Part shown: positions 1-8,631 of the stretch, piece by piece
Numbering within the stretch: position 1 is the stretch's first letter
How the letters are laid out: each line of letters opens with the position of its first letter
Assembly (NCBI GenBank): GCA_039804105.1
Contig: JBDRZU010000001.1
Coordinates: forward strand, 1,295,985-1,359,984
DNA length: 64,000 nucleotides
Source: a candidate division WOR-3 bacterium
GTDB taxonomy: Bacteria > Hydrothermota > 32-111
Direction of reading: 5' to 3'
Translations under genes and position numbers: made by a program
Notes under the pieces: generated by a model
Databases searched by the model: none
Seen by the model: the letters and a program-made list of their open reading frames with translations, nothing else
Told to the model about the DNA's origin: nothing

Positions 1-2
1 TA

Positions 3-860
3 AAGATGACAAAAACTGATTACATAATGGTTCTTGGAGACAGAATAGAACTCTTACCTGTTATAAACCTTTCTTTGGTAATGGAAAAAAAAATAATCCA
101 TATTTCAGGTGGTGAAGAAACAAAAGGTGCAATCGATGATAATATAAGGAAGATGCTTTCTTTAAATTCTTATATTCATTTCGTATCTGGAGAAATGTTC
201 AAAAAAAATCTTGTAGAATTTTTGAAAACTGAAAAGAGGATTTTTAATGTTGGAGATCCGATACTTGAATATATAGATTCCATCCAAATAGAACCATTTG
301 AAAATGTTTTAAACGATTTAAAGTTAGATCTTGAAAAAGGGAAGTATTTACTTTTCACCTTTCATCCTGAGACAAAAAGTTCTGTTGATGTTAAAGAGCA
401 GTTTAATGGGTTGGAAAAATTTTTACTTGAAGTTGATATACCTGTTCTATGTACTTCTCCAAATCCTGATAAAGGTGAAGAGTATATTTTAAAAAGGTTA
501 AAACATATAATTTCTTTGAAAAAAGATATATCTTTTGTTCCACATCTGGGTTTTAGGAAGTATATCTCACTTATAAAAAATTCATTTGCAGTTATGGGAA
601 ATTCATCATCACTTCTTATTGAAACACCATATCTATGCGTGCCTTCAATACTTATAGGAAAAAGGCAGGATGGAAGACCTCTTGCTGATTCGGTTTTCAA
701 AACTGGATATCAAGCAGAGGAAATAAAATCTGTGTATAATAAGATAAAAGAGTTAAAAGTGAACGGATATTTTGAAAAGGGAGTAAAAAACCTTTTCTAT
801 GAGAGAAAGAATACATCAGATTTGGTATTAAAACATCTTGAGGACGAAATTGGTTTTTAA
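3..860 (+). CDS. UDP-N-acetylglucosamine 2-epimerase, hydrolysing (NeuC family); 5' end outside window
   Basis: The reading frame is open to the window start. The translation carries NeuC-type motifs (FHPET ... GNSSSLLIETP ... IGKRQDGRPLADSV). About 100 aa of the N-terminus are missing relative to a typical ~380 aa NeuC. Confidence 0.55.
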   Translation, partial: KMTKTDYIMVLGDRIELLPVINLSLVMEKKIIHISGGEETKGAIDDNIRKMLSLNSYIHFVSGEMFKKNLVEFLKTEKRIFNVGDPILEYIDSIQIEPFENVLNDLKLDLEKGKYLLFTFHPETKSSVDVKEQFNGLEKFLLEVDIPVLCTSPNPDKGEEYILKRLKHIISLKKDISFVPHLGFRKYISLIKNSFAVMGNSSSLLIETPYLCVPSILIGKRQDGRPLADSVFKTGYQAEEIKSVYNKIKELKVNGYFEKGVKNLFYERKNTSDLVLKHLEDEIGF

Positions 861-862
861 TA

Positions 863-891
863 TTGACACTTACATCACTTTTTGGTATAAG
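863..891 (+). promoter_or_regulatory. sigma70-like promoter upstream of smc: TTGACA-17 nt-TATAAG with an upstream TG (extended -10)
   Basis: TTGACA sits at 863-868 and TGgTATAAG at 883-891, separated by a 17-nt spacer. A GGAGG RBS lies at 906-910, 4 nt before the TTG start at 915. Confidence 0.5.
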
Positions 892-914
892 GAAATGTTA
901 AAAATGGAGGATAA

Positions 915-3900
915 TTGTATTTAAGTGAGTTGAGGATCTATGGATTTAAGTCGTTTCCAGACCCTATAACGATAAGATTTGAAAGGGGAATAACTGGTTT
1001 TGTTGGTCCAAATGGTTCAGGTAAATCAAACATTGTTGATGCGATAAGATGGGTTTTAGGAGAACAGTCAGCGAAAGAGTTAAGGGCAACTTTGCATGAA
1101 GACCTTATATTTGATGGAACGAACAAAAGAGCACCATCAAACCTTGCGTCAGTTTCCGTAAGGTTTGTTAACGACGATGGTGAATTGCCTTTAAATTTTA
1201 CTGAAATAGAGATAGAAAGAAAAATTTATAAATCAGGTGAATCACAATATCTTATAAACAAAGAGAGTGTAAGATTAAAAGATGTTCAGCATCTACTTGC
1301 TGAGATGGGACTTGGAACTAAAACATATTCACTATTTAAAAAGTCATTGATAGAGGATATTGTTAACGATAGGGCGGATGCTTTAAGGAATCTATTTGAA
1401 GAGTCAGCGGGAATAACTATATATAAAAACTCGAAAAAGGAAACTTTAAGAAAACTGATAGCAACACAGGAGAATCTAAACAGGATAAACGATCTTATAA
1501 TGGAGATAGAAAAGAATGCAAAAGAGTTGAAAAAACAGGCAGGGAGAACGAAAAAATATTTTGAGATGAAAACTCTATATCAGAATCTTTCTCAGGATTT
1601 TTACAGAAAAAAGAATGTTAAACTTGAAGAAGAACTTTTAAAAATTGAAAAACAGATAAATGAAAAGAATGAAAGGATAGAGAACTTTCATAAAGAGATA
1701 GAAAATATAAAAAAACAGATAGAAGAAAAAAGAAATGAAAAATATGAACTTGAAAATCAACTTGAGATAAAACTTGGAGAAAAAGAAAGTTTACAGAAAA
1801 ATCTTTTTGAACTCAAAAACGGTGTTTCAATTTTGAACGAAAGAATAAAAGGTCTTGAAACTCAGATTAAAAATAAAGAAGAGTTTAAGGAAAAGATTAC
1901 AGAAGAAATGCCTTTGAAAAGGGAAAGGTTAAAAAATGATTTGGAAAAGGTCGAGAATTTAAAAACAAGGATAGAAAAGATTGAAAATGATAGAAATTCT
2001 TTAGGGGAAAACGATGTTGAAACACTTTACAGAAAAAGTGAAAACGAGTTTGAGCAAATCTCATCCCAAATCAGAAAGATAGATGGAGAGATAGTTGTTT
2101 TGAATTCAAAGGTTAACTCTTTGAAAACAAGGATTGAGTATGAGGAAAATATAATACAAGAAAAGAAAAAAGAGTTGGATGAAGAGAACAAGAAAAGTGA
2201 AACGAATTTTGTTGAACTTGAAAAATTAAAAAAAGAGAAGGAAGAGATTTTAAACCAGATAGAAAAGATAAAAGAAGAAATAAATGGAATTGATTCAAAA
2301 AGACAGGAGTTAAGATCAAAAGAAAAAGAACTTTATGATAAAAGGGATCTTTTAAACAAAAATATCATCGTTGAAAAAACAAAGATAGAGCAGATTGAAC
2401 AGAGAATAAGAGAAACAAAGGAAAGTTTTAAAGATGTTTTAAAAATATTACAAAAAGATGATATCGAACTGATAAGAAACCTTGTAAAACCAAAAGAAGG
2501 TTATGAGCAAGTAGTTGAAACAGCACTCTCAGTTATTTTGAATGGTATAGTGTTAAGTAAAGATGATATAGAAAAGTTGAAAGGAAAAGTGACTCCTCAG
2601 GTTCAAATAATATTGAAAGATTTAAAATATAAAAAAGATGAAAGTGAGGATGTATACCTACTTTCAAATTATATCGATGGACCAGATTTCATAAAGGATT
2701 ACTTTTCAAACTTTAAAATTGTTCAAAGTGTAGATTTTGATAACCTTGAAGGTGAAAAATATCTTGTCACTAAAGATGGATTCCTTGTTACGCCTGACAA
2801 AATCTTTATAAAATCAGGTGAAATAAAAGTTTTGAATTTTGTAAATGAGATAGAGAGTTGCCATAAAAACATAAATGAATATGAAAGGGAAATCGAACAG
2901 GTTCAAAAACAAATCGATCAGATAAAAAACGAAATAAAAGATTTGAATTTAAACTATGATAAAAAGAGGAACCTATTGAATGAATTTTCTGCAAAAGAAA
3001 AGTTTACTCTTGAAAGTATAAAGGCGTTTGAAAAAAATGTTGAAGCGAAAAAATCTTATATTTTAAAAATAGAGGAGAAAATAAAAGAAGTAAATGAGAA
3101 AAAATTGGGTTATGAGAAGGAAATGGATGATAGCAAAGAAAAGATAAAAGAACTTGAACAGGAGAAAGAGAAACTTTTAGGTGAGGTTAAAAGGGTTGAA
3201 GAAGAGTTTACAAAGAAAAGGGATGAATACATAGTTTTTAAAAACAGAAAAGATGAAATAGAAACTGTTTACAGAGAACTTCTGAAAGAAAAAGAAAATG
3301 TTGAAAGGGATATAAAAGAGATAGAAAACATTTTGGCTGGATATGAAAAAGAAGTTTCAAATTTTAACACTTTCTTTGAAGAAGCGAAATCACAGATTAA
3401 AAAGTATGAAAGTGAGATAGATCAAAAAGAAGAGAATATTCTTAAACTTGAAAAGGATGTGGAAACAATAGACGATCAGATCAAAAATCTAAATGAAAAG
3501 ATAGATGAGATAGAAAGTATTTTGAAAGAGGAAGAAGAAAAGGAAGAAGAGTTAAGAAATCTAATAGAAGAGATTACAAGAGAAAATGAAGAAAATTTAC
3601 TTGCAAGAGAAAGGGTTTTAATAGAAAAGAAAAATAATGATGAAAAGATAGATTTGAATTTTGAAATAGATTACGATCTGATCTCAAAATATGTTGATAC
3701 AGAAGAGGAAGAGATAAAATTTCTTGATGAAAAGATTAAAAATTTTGGTCCCGTTAACGAACTCGCTTTTCAGGAATATACTGAAACATCAGCACGTCTT
3801 GAAGAAATCTTAAAACAGAAAGAGGATGTTGTTCAATCAAAAGAAAATCTTGAAAAAACGATAAAAACACTTGATGCTAAAGCAAAAATTTTATTCTCTC

Positions 3901-4373
3901 AATATTTTGATACGATAAGGGTTTCTTTCAAGGAACTATTTTCAGAGATATATAAAAATGGAAAAGCCGATATAATCCTTGTTGATGAGGAAAACCCCCT
4001 TGAAAGTGATATAAATATTATTTTTGAACCTGGTGAGAAAAAGATAGGAAATCTTATAAAACTTTCTGAAGGTGAAAGAGGGATGATGATAGTTATACTC
4101 CTTTTTGCAATGTATATGGTTAAACCGACACCTGTATGTATAATGGATGAGATAGATGCACCATTTGATGATGCAACAGTTGAAAGTTTCAGCAATTTGC
4201 TTAGAAAATTCAGAGATAAAACTCAGTTTATAATAATTACACATAACAAAAGAACGATGGAATTCTGCGATTTTCTATTTGGAGTTACGATGGAAGAAAG
4301 TGGAGTCACAAATGTTTTCTCTTTGAATCTTCAGACGATATCAGAAAGGTTTTTGAAAGATGCTACTTCATAA
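915..4373 (+). CDS. smc: chromosome partition protein SMC
   Basis: The 1152-aa product starts with FKSF...GPNGSGKSN (Walker A). It has a long lysine/glutamate-rich coiled-coil region with a central hinge and a C-terminal LSEGERGM...IMDEIDAPFD signature/Walker B. It begins with a TTG start 4 nt after GGAGG, and ftsY follows immediately in the conserved smc-ftsY arrangement. Confidence 0.9.
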   Translation: MYLSELRIYGFKSFPDPITIRFERGITGFVGPNGSGKSNIVDAIRWVLGEQSAKELRATLHEDLIFDGTNKRAPSNLASVSVRFVNDDGELPLNFTEIEIERKIYKSGESQYLINKESVRLKDVQHLLAEMGLGTKTYSLFKKSLIEDIVNDRADALRNLFEESAGITIYKNSKKETLRKLIATQENLNRINDLIMEIEKNAKELKKQAGRTKKYFEMKTLYQNLSQDFYRKKNVKLEEELLKIEKQINEKNERIENFHKEIENIKKQIEEKRNEKYELENQLEIKLGEKESLQKNLFELKNGVSILNERIKGLETQIKNKEEFKEKITEEMPLKRERLKNDLEKVENLKTRIEKIENDRNSLGENDVETLYRKSENEFEQISSQIRKIDGEIVVLNSKVNSLKTRIEYEENIIQEKKKELDEENKKSETNFVELEKLKKEKEEILNQIEKIKEEINGIDSKRQELRSKEKELYDKRDLLNKNIIVEKTKIEQIEQRIRETKESFKDVLKILQKDDIELIRNLVKPKEGYEQVVETALSVILNGIVLSKDDIEKLKGKVTPQVQIILKDLKYKKDESEDVYLLSNYIDGPDFIKDYFSNFKIVQSVDFDNLEGEKYLVTKDGFLVTPDKIFIKSGEIKVLNFVNEIESCHKNINEYEREIEQVQKQIDQIKNEIKDLNLNYDKKRNLLNEFSAKEKFTLESIKAFEKNVEAKKSYILKIEEKIKEVNEKKLGYEKEMDDSKEKIKELEQEKEKLLGEVKRVEEEFTKKRDEYIVFKNRKDEIETVYRELLKEKENVERDIKEIENILAGYEKEVSNFNTFFEEAKSQIKKYESEIDQKEENILKLEKDVETIDDQIKNLNEKIDEIESILKEEEEKEEELRNLIEEITRENEENLLARERVLIEKKNNDEKIDLNFEIDYDLISKYVDTEEEEIKFLDEKIKNFGPVNELAFQEYTETSARLEEILKQKEDVVQSKENLEKTIKTLDAKAKILFSQYFDTIRVSFKELFSEIYKNGKADIILVDEENPLESDINIIFEPGEKKIGNLIKLSEGERGMMIVILLFAMYMVKPTPVCIMDEIDAPFDDATVESFSNLLRKFRDKTQFIIITHNKRTMEFCDFLFGVTMEESGVTNVFSLNLQTISERFLKDATS

Positions 4374-5247
4374 ATTAAAAAATATTTTTCAAAAAGCAAA
4401 ACTCCCTTTAAAAGATGTTGTTCAAAGTGCTGTTTTTGGTGGAAAGAGAGAGGACTATGATTTTATTGAAGAACAGTTGATCCTTTCAGATATAGGAATT
4501 GAAACAGCACAAAAAATTATTAAAAAGTTGAAAGAACGAGTAAAAGAAGGTGTAATAATTGGAAGAGAGAATATTGTCGAAGAGTTGAAAAAGATATTAA
4601 AGGAAATACTCAAAGATCCAGTTTATTTCAATCTTGATGAAACAAATATAATTCTTGTTTCAGGTGTTAACGGTTCTGGAAAGACAACATCTATAGGTAA
4701 ACTTGCAAACTACCTTGTAAAAAATGAAAAAAAGGTTCTTCTTGGTGCATGTGATACATTCAGGGCTGCTGCGTTTGATCAGATAGAGATATGGGGTAAC
4801 AGGGCAAACTCATTTGTTTATATACCTGAAAATGAGAAAGAACCGGCAGCAGCTGCGTTTGAATCGGTAAAATATGGCATTGAGAACAGGTTTGATAAAA
4901 TTATAATAGATACAGCAGGAAGGATGCATACAAACAAGAATCTTATGGAAGAATTGAAAAAACTTTATAATGTATTAAAGTTAAAATTTCCACAATTACC
5001 AATTTTTTCAATACTTGTAATAGATGCAACAAATGGAAAAAACACTTTACAACAGGCAAAAAACTTTAAAGAAGCGGTCAATATTGATACGATTTTTTTG
5101 ACCAAAATGGATGGAACAGCAAAGGGTGGGTCTGTGATCACGATTGCAGATGAGCTGTGTTTGCCGATTTCATATATTGGTGTTGGGGAAGGTATAGACG
5201 ATTTAGAGTTTTTTGATAAAGATCTTTTCGTCAATTCTATTCTATAA
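4360..5247 (+). CDS. ftsY: signal recognition particle receptor FtsY (NG domain only)
   Basis: The 295-aa product carries the SRP GTPase motifs (ILVSGVNGSGKTTSIGKLA; DTAGRMHT; TKMDGTAKGG). It overlaps the smc stop by 14 nt. Confidence 0.88.
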   Translation: MLLHKLKNIFQKAKLPLKDVVQSAVFGGKREDYDFIEEQLILSDIGIETAQKIIKKLKERVKEGVIIGRENIVEELKKILKEILKDPVYFNLDETNIILVSGVNGSGKTTSIGKLANYLVKNEKKVLLGACDTFRAAAFDQIEIWGNRANSFVYIPENEKEPAAAAFESVKYGIENRFDKIIIDTAGRMHTNKNLMEELKKLYNVLKLKFPQLPIFSILVIDATNGKNTLQQAKNFKEAVNIDTIFLTKMDGTAKGGSVITIADELCLPISYIGVGEGIDDLEFFDKDLFVNSIL

Positions 5248-5260
5248 TCTATAAAAATAA

Positions 5261-5288
5261 AAACTCCCTCTTTTACAAGAGGGAGTTT
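5261..5288. terminator. bidirectional rho-independent terminator hairpin between ftsY (+) and the convergent 5312..8113 (-) gene
   Basis: A perfect ~12-bp stem (AAACTCCCTCTT / AAGAGGGAGTTT) is formed by 5261-5272 and 5277-5288 around a 4-nt loop. On the minus strand it is followed by UUAUUUUUAU. On the plus strand the U-tract is only UUUUC. Confidence 0.6.
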
Positions 5289-5311
5289 TCAGCGGGATTG
5301 GGAAACACTTT

Positions 5312-8113
5312 TTATTTTACGATATTCAATTTTAAAGATAGGTTATTGTTCTTCTCTTTTATGAAATAAACACCTGATGGTAAATCTTTAACATTTACAA
5401 AGAACTTTGAATAACCTTTTTCTATTATACCAGAAAAAATATTTTTTACAAGAGCACCTGAAGAGTTATATATACCGAGTTCAATTTTTTGCTCCTTTGG
5501 GATTGAAAGTTCCAAAACGATGTTATCTTTGGTTAAGTTATTGTTTAATAACATGTTAAACTCTTTAACCAGTGCTTTTGGAGTTATGGATATTTTCCCG
5601 ATCTCAACAACTTTACCATTATTTGTAATCCCAATAACTCGATATTCTGTTGAAATATTTTTAATATCTTTATCTTTATAAAATCTCTGGTCAGGTTTCA
5701 ATTCAGCAACAATTGTATAAAATTTTTCATCAATTCTTTTTCTTTCGACTCTTATAAGTGTTATATCATTTATTTCTGAAAAATTCCATTTCAAAAGAAT
5801 ACCGTCTTTCTGTAAAATTGCTGAAATCGATGATTCGTTGATTCCAATATTTGTTGTCATATCGAGTATTGATCTTGGATAAACTTCATAGGTTGACCAG
5901 TAAGGTTCAGAAGTATCATACTGAGTTAAAATTCCAACTATCTGCTTTGGCCATGTTGGTTCTGGAGAATCATCTATGTCAGTATCAGAATCAACCCATA
6001 CAAGAAATGTATCTATTTGTTTTGTTCCATTTTTACTAAACACAGTATCCCTGAAAACAAGAAGTGCATTTGTTCCTGGTGTTGGCCATGTTCCACCTAT
6101 TCTTGCTGCTGCGTTTATTTTTAAAAGTAGTCCCTCATAAGTATCTCCAACAGTATCTCTTAAATGGTCAGCTGTTAAAAGTATTGTATCGATAAGGTGA
6201 CCTGTACTTATCTTTGTTAATTTTGAATATGGATTTCCAATTCTTGTTTGACCATTATAAAATGTTATAGTTCCTTCAACAATAACAGAGTCAGTAGGTA
6301 TAACAGTTTCAGAACCATCATTTTTTATAGAGTCGTTTTTCCAGACAGCACCGAGGATATAATTTTGCTGTATATTTATTATATTCTGTGTTGGGGTGAA
6401 TGCACCAGTTCCAACAGTTACAATTCCTGTTGTTCTTGTAAGATAACCAAGGTATTTTGGTTTTCCCACAGAATCATTTTCTTTATACCTTGGAATTGGA
6501 GTGATACCCCAGAAAAATCTTTCGGGATTTGATTGAACAACTCTATTTAAAGAATCAACTACTTCAACATAACATTCAAATCTACATCCATCACCCCTAC
6601 TACTTAAAATATATCTATAAAGAGTATCTCCTGAAATTAAAGACATGTTATAGGTATCTATTACCGAACTGTCATAACTACTTGCAATGAGTTTAACTGA
6701 TTTTAAAGGCACTTCATGTTTTATAATAGCCCAAACAGTATCTTGTTGTGTAGATAAAGGAATAACTGGATTTCTTGTTACGCTTGAGATTACCGTGTTT
6801 GCAGCACCGATAGTATCGTTGTAAAGTTCGATATACTCATAAAGGTAGTTTGTTGTATTATCAACAACCTCAGTAATAACCATTCCTCTACCTTTATTTA
6901 TAATTGTGGATCCAACTGAACCCGGGGTTGCATTTGTGGTAGTGAAAGTGTTGAAAGAAAAATTGTTTAGATTTGTTGAATCCCTAAAATAAATTCTGTT
7001 CGTTACCAGATTGAAGAATGTGGTGTCAACTTTGTTTCCAAGATTATCATATAAAGAGAAAGTTTCATCTCCATTTATAGTTGGCATATTGTATGTTGAG
7101 TCAATAAAAATCACATTCGAAGGAAGTGTAATTCCATAATGTGCTTCAAAATTTGATTTTGTAGCACCTCTACAAACTATGACAAAATATCCACCAGGGA
7201 CATTTATATCACCAAAAGTATAGGTATAAGATGAATTATACTGTTTTAACTGCCATCCGTTCAGATTGAAAGATTGTGTTATTTTTTGTTTTACTATAAA
7301 TGTAAAAGTATCAGAAACGGTTTCGTCTCCATAATCATCTTTTGCTTTTATAACATATCTTACAGTATCATTTGCCGAAAAATTTCCTATTTTATAAAAA
7401 TAAGTTGTAAGATATAAAGAATCATGTGTTTTTTTATTCCAAGAGCCATTGTTTATGCTGTAAAAAATAGTATCAGAAACAAGCGATCCATCATCTGTTA
7501 TGTTACAAGAAATTGTAACATTATCGTTTTCAAACGGTATTGCCGGAATAGTCGTGACATTGCTGATTGTTGGTTTTGTATTAACAAATCCACCTGTATC
7601 ATTGTAAAGTTCAACATATTCGTAAAGATAGTTTGCAGCATCACAAACTTCTGTAATAACAATTCCTTTTCCTTTGTTAAAAACTGTTGAACCAATTGAT
7701 CCAGGTGTTGCGCTGGTTGTTGAGAATGTCAGAGAAGAAAAAGTGTTTGTGTTTGTTGAATCTCTATAATAAACCCTTCCAGTTGTTAAAGACATATAAG
7801 TTGTATCAATTTTAACACCTAAATTGTTATAGAGTGAAAAGGTTTCAGCACCATTTAAAACTGGAAGAGTTCCAACAGAGTCAAGGAAAATCACATTTGA
7901 AGGAAGTGTGACTCCATAGTATGCTTCAAAATTTGCTTTTCTTGCACCTCTACACACAATCACAAAATATCCACCAGGGACATTTATGTTACCAAAAGTG
8001 TAAGTGTAAGAAGAGTTGTACTGTTTTAATTGCCATCCGTTAATATTGTAATCTGTTGAAAAAATCCAAAGAAATGCCATTAAAATCAAAATAAAAATAA
8101 ATGATTTTTTCAT
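5312..8113 (-). CDS. large secreted protein with an N-terminal tandem duplication of a lamin-tail-like (LTD) module and a T9SS-type C-terminal sorting domain
   Basis: The 933-aa product has a signal peptide (MKKSFIFILILMAFLWIF). It contains two copies of the module GWQLKQYNSSYTYTFG.INVPGGYFVIVCRG...VITEV...NYLYEY(V/I)ELYNDT. Its C-terminus (SGVYFIKEKNNNLSLKLNIVK) is typical of the Por-secretion CTD. A GGGGAG RBS lies upstream. Confidence 0.6.
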   Translation of the reverse strand: MKKSFIFILILMAFLWIFSTDYNINGWQLKQYNSSYTYTFGNINVPGGYFVIVCRGARKANFEAYYGVTLPSNVIFLDSVGTLPVLNGAETFSLYNNLGVKIDTTYMSLTTGRVYYRDSTNTNTFSSLTFSTTSATPGSIGSTVFNKGKGIVITEVCDAANYLYEYVELYNDTGGFVNTKPTISNVTTIPAIPFENDNVTISCNITDDGSLVSDTIFYSINNGSWNKKTHDSLYLTTYFYKIGNFSANDTVRYVIKAKDDYGDETVSDTFTFIVKQKITQSFNLNGWQLKQYNSSYTYTFGDINVPGGYFVIVCRGATKSNFEAHYGITLPSNVIFIDSTYNMPTINGDETFSLYDNLGNKVDTTFFNLVTNRIYFRDSTNLNNFSFNTFTTTNATPGSVGSTIINKGRGMVITEVVDNTTNYLYEYIELYNDTIGAANTVISSVTRNPVIPLSTQQDTVWAIIKHEVPLKSVKLIASSYDSSVIDTYNMSLISGDTLYRYILSSRGDGCRFECYVEVVDSLNRVVQSNPERFFWGITPIPRYKENDSVGKPKYLGYLTRTTGIVTVGTGAFTPTQNIINIQQNYILGAVWKNDSIKNDGSETVIPTDSVIVEGTITFYNGQTRIGNPYSKLTKISTGHLIDTILLTADHLRDTVGDTYEGLLLKINAAARIGGTWPTPGTNALLVFRDTVFSKNGTKQIDTFLVWVDSDTDIDDSPEPTWPKQIVGILTQYDTSEPYWSTYEVYPRSILDMTTNIGINESSISAILQKDGILLKWNFSEINDITLIRVERKRIDEKFYTIVAELKPDQRFYKDKDIKNISTEYRVIGITNNGKVVEIGKISITPKALVKEFNMLLNNNLTKDNIVLELSIPKEQKIELGIYNSSGALVKNIFSGIIEKGYSKFFVNVKDLPSGVYFIKEKNNNLSLKLNIVK
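6818..8047 (-). repeat. intragenic tandem duplication within the 5312..8113 gene: ~450-nt conserved core recurring with ~780-nt period, recognisable at nucleotide level
   Basis: Protein residues ~23-172 and ~283-432 are near-identical. The matching DNA stretch ccaccagggacatttat(a/g)t(c/t)accaaaagt(a/g)ta(g/a)gt(a/g)taaga occurs at ~7190-7270 and ~7970-8050. Confidence 0.6.
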
Positions 8114-8135
8114 AAGAAACTCCCCTTAAAAATTT

Positions 8136-8492
8136 TTATTTTTCTTGAAATGTTCTTCCCACCTCTAAAGAAATTGAAAAATTATCTTTTTTATAAGTTA
8201 ATCCAATGTTTGAAAGTATAAGATTTTCTTTTAAATTATAATTTAGATACCCAAAACCATAATTAATGATAATATTGTCATTAAGTTTTGAGAAATAGTT
8301 AGCATTTAATAACGAATATGATATTTTATAATTGTTATTGAATAAAAATCCGGTTGAAAAAGAGTATGATTGGGAATCAGGTTTTAAAAATGATGAAATA
8401 GTTTTAAAGTTTTTGTAATCACTAAAATTTTGTGGAAAAACAGAAGAAAACAAAACGAAAATAATAAACGATATAAAAAATATCTTTTTCAT
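8136..8492 (-). CDS. small secreted hypothetical protein (signal peptide), likely co-transcribed with downstream LTD/T9SS cargo gene
   Basis: The 118-aa product starts with MKKIFFISFIIFVLFSSVFP. Its stop lies 22 nt upstream of the RBS/ATG of the 5312..8113 gene. A TTGACT-17-TAAAAT promoter-like pair lies within 10 nt of its ATG, suggesting a near-leaderless transcript. Confidence 0.4.
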   Translation of the reverse strand: MKKIFFISFIIFVLFSSVFPQNFSDYKNFKTISSFLKPDSQSYSFSTGFLFNNNYKISYSLLNANYFSKLNDNIIINYGFGYLNYNLKENLILSNIGLTYKKDNFSISLEVGRTFQEK

Positions 8493-8592
8493 ACAACTAA
8501 ATTTTAAACATCAAAAATATTAAAGTCAAGGGTAACCAAATTTTTTAACAGAAAATTAACATTTTGTGAAGAATTTGACAAAAAATTGATTT

Positions 8593-8613
8593 TTGACAAA
8601 AAAATGTTATAAT
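8593..8613 (+). promoter_or_regulatory. promoter region for the PIMT-fusion gene: extended -10 (TGtTATAAT) with TTGACA immediately upstream
   Basis: TGtTATAAT lies at 8605-8613. TTGACA copies at 8575-8580 and 8593-8598 have non-optimal spacing (27 and 9 nt). The ORF-track TTG start at 8593 is this -35 box, not a start codon. Confidence 0.45.
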
Positions 8614-8631
8614 CTAAAAAAAGGAGAAGAG

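Noticed and set aside
915-4373. SMC as a defence-type SMC (Wadjet JetC / Lamassu LmuB)
   Set aside because: The 1152-aa length, canonical N-terminal FKSF/Walker A, hinge, signature motif, and conserved smc-ftsY pairing all indicate the housekeeping condensin. No JetA/B/D or Lmu partner genes are present.
5259-5291. Hairpin between ftsY and the LTD gene as a regulatory riboswitch or attenuator
   Set aside because: It is a simple GC-rich 12-bp stem with a 4-nt loop followed by a U-tract on the minus strand, located after stop codons of convergent genes. It is a terminator, not a structured regulatory RNA.
8593-8631. ORF-track start (TTG at 8593) for the PIMT gene, and TTG at 10706 for the next secreted protein
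   Set aside because: These TTG triplets are the TTGACA/TTGACT -35 boxes of the promoters. Real starts are the ATG at 8632 (AGGAGA RBS) and the ATG at 10736/10745 (start of the hydrophobic signal peptide).
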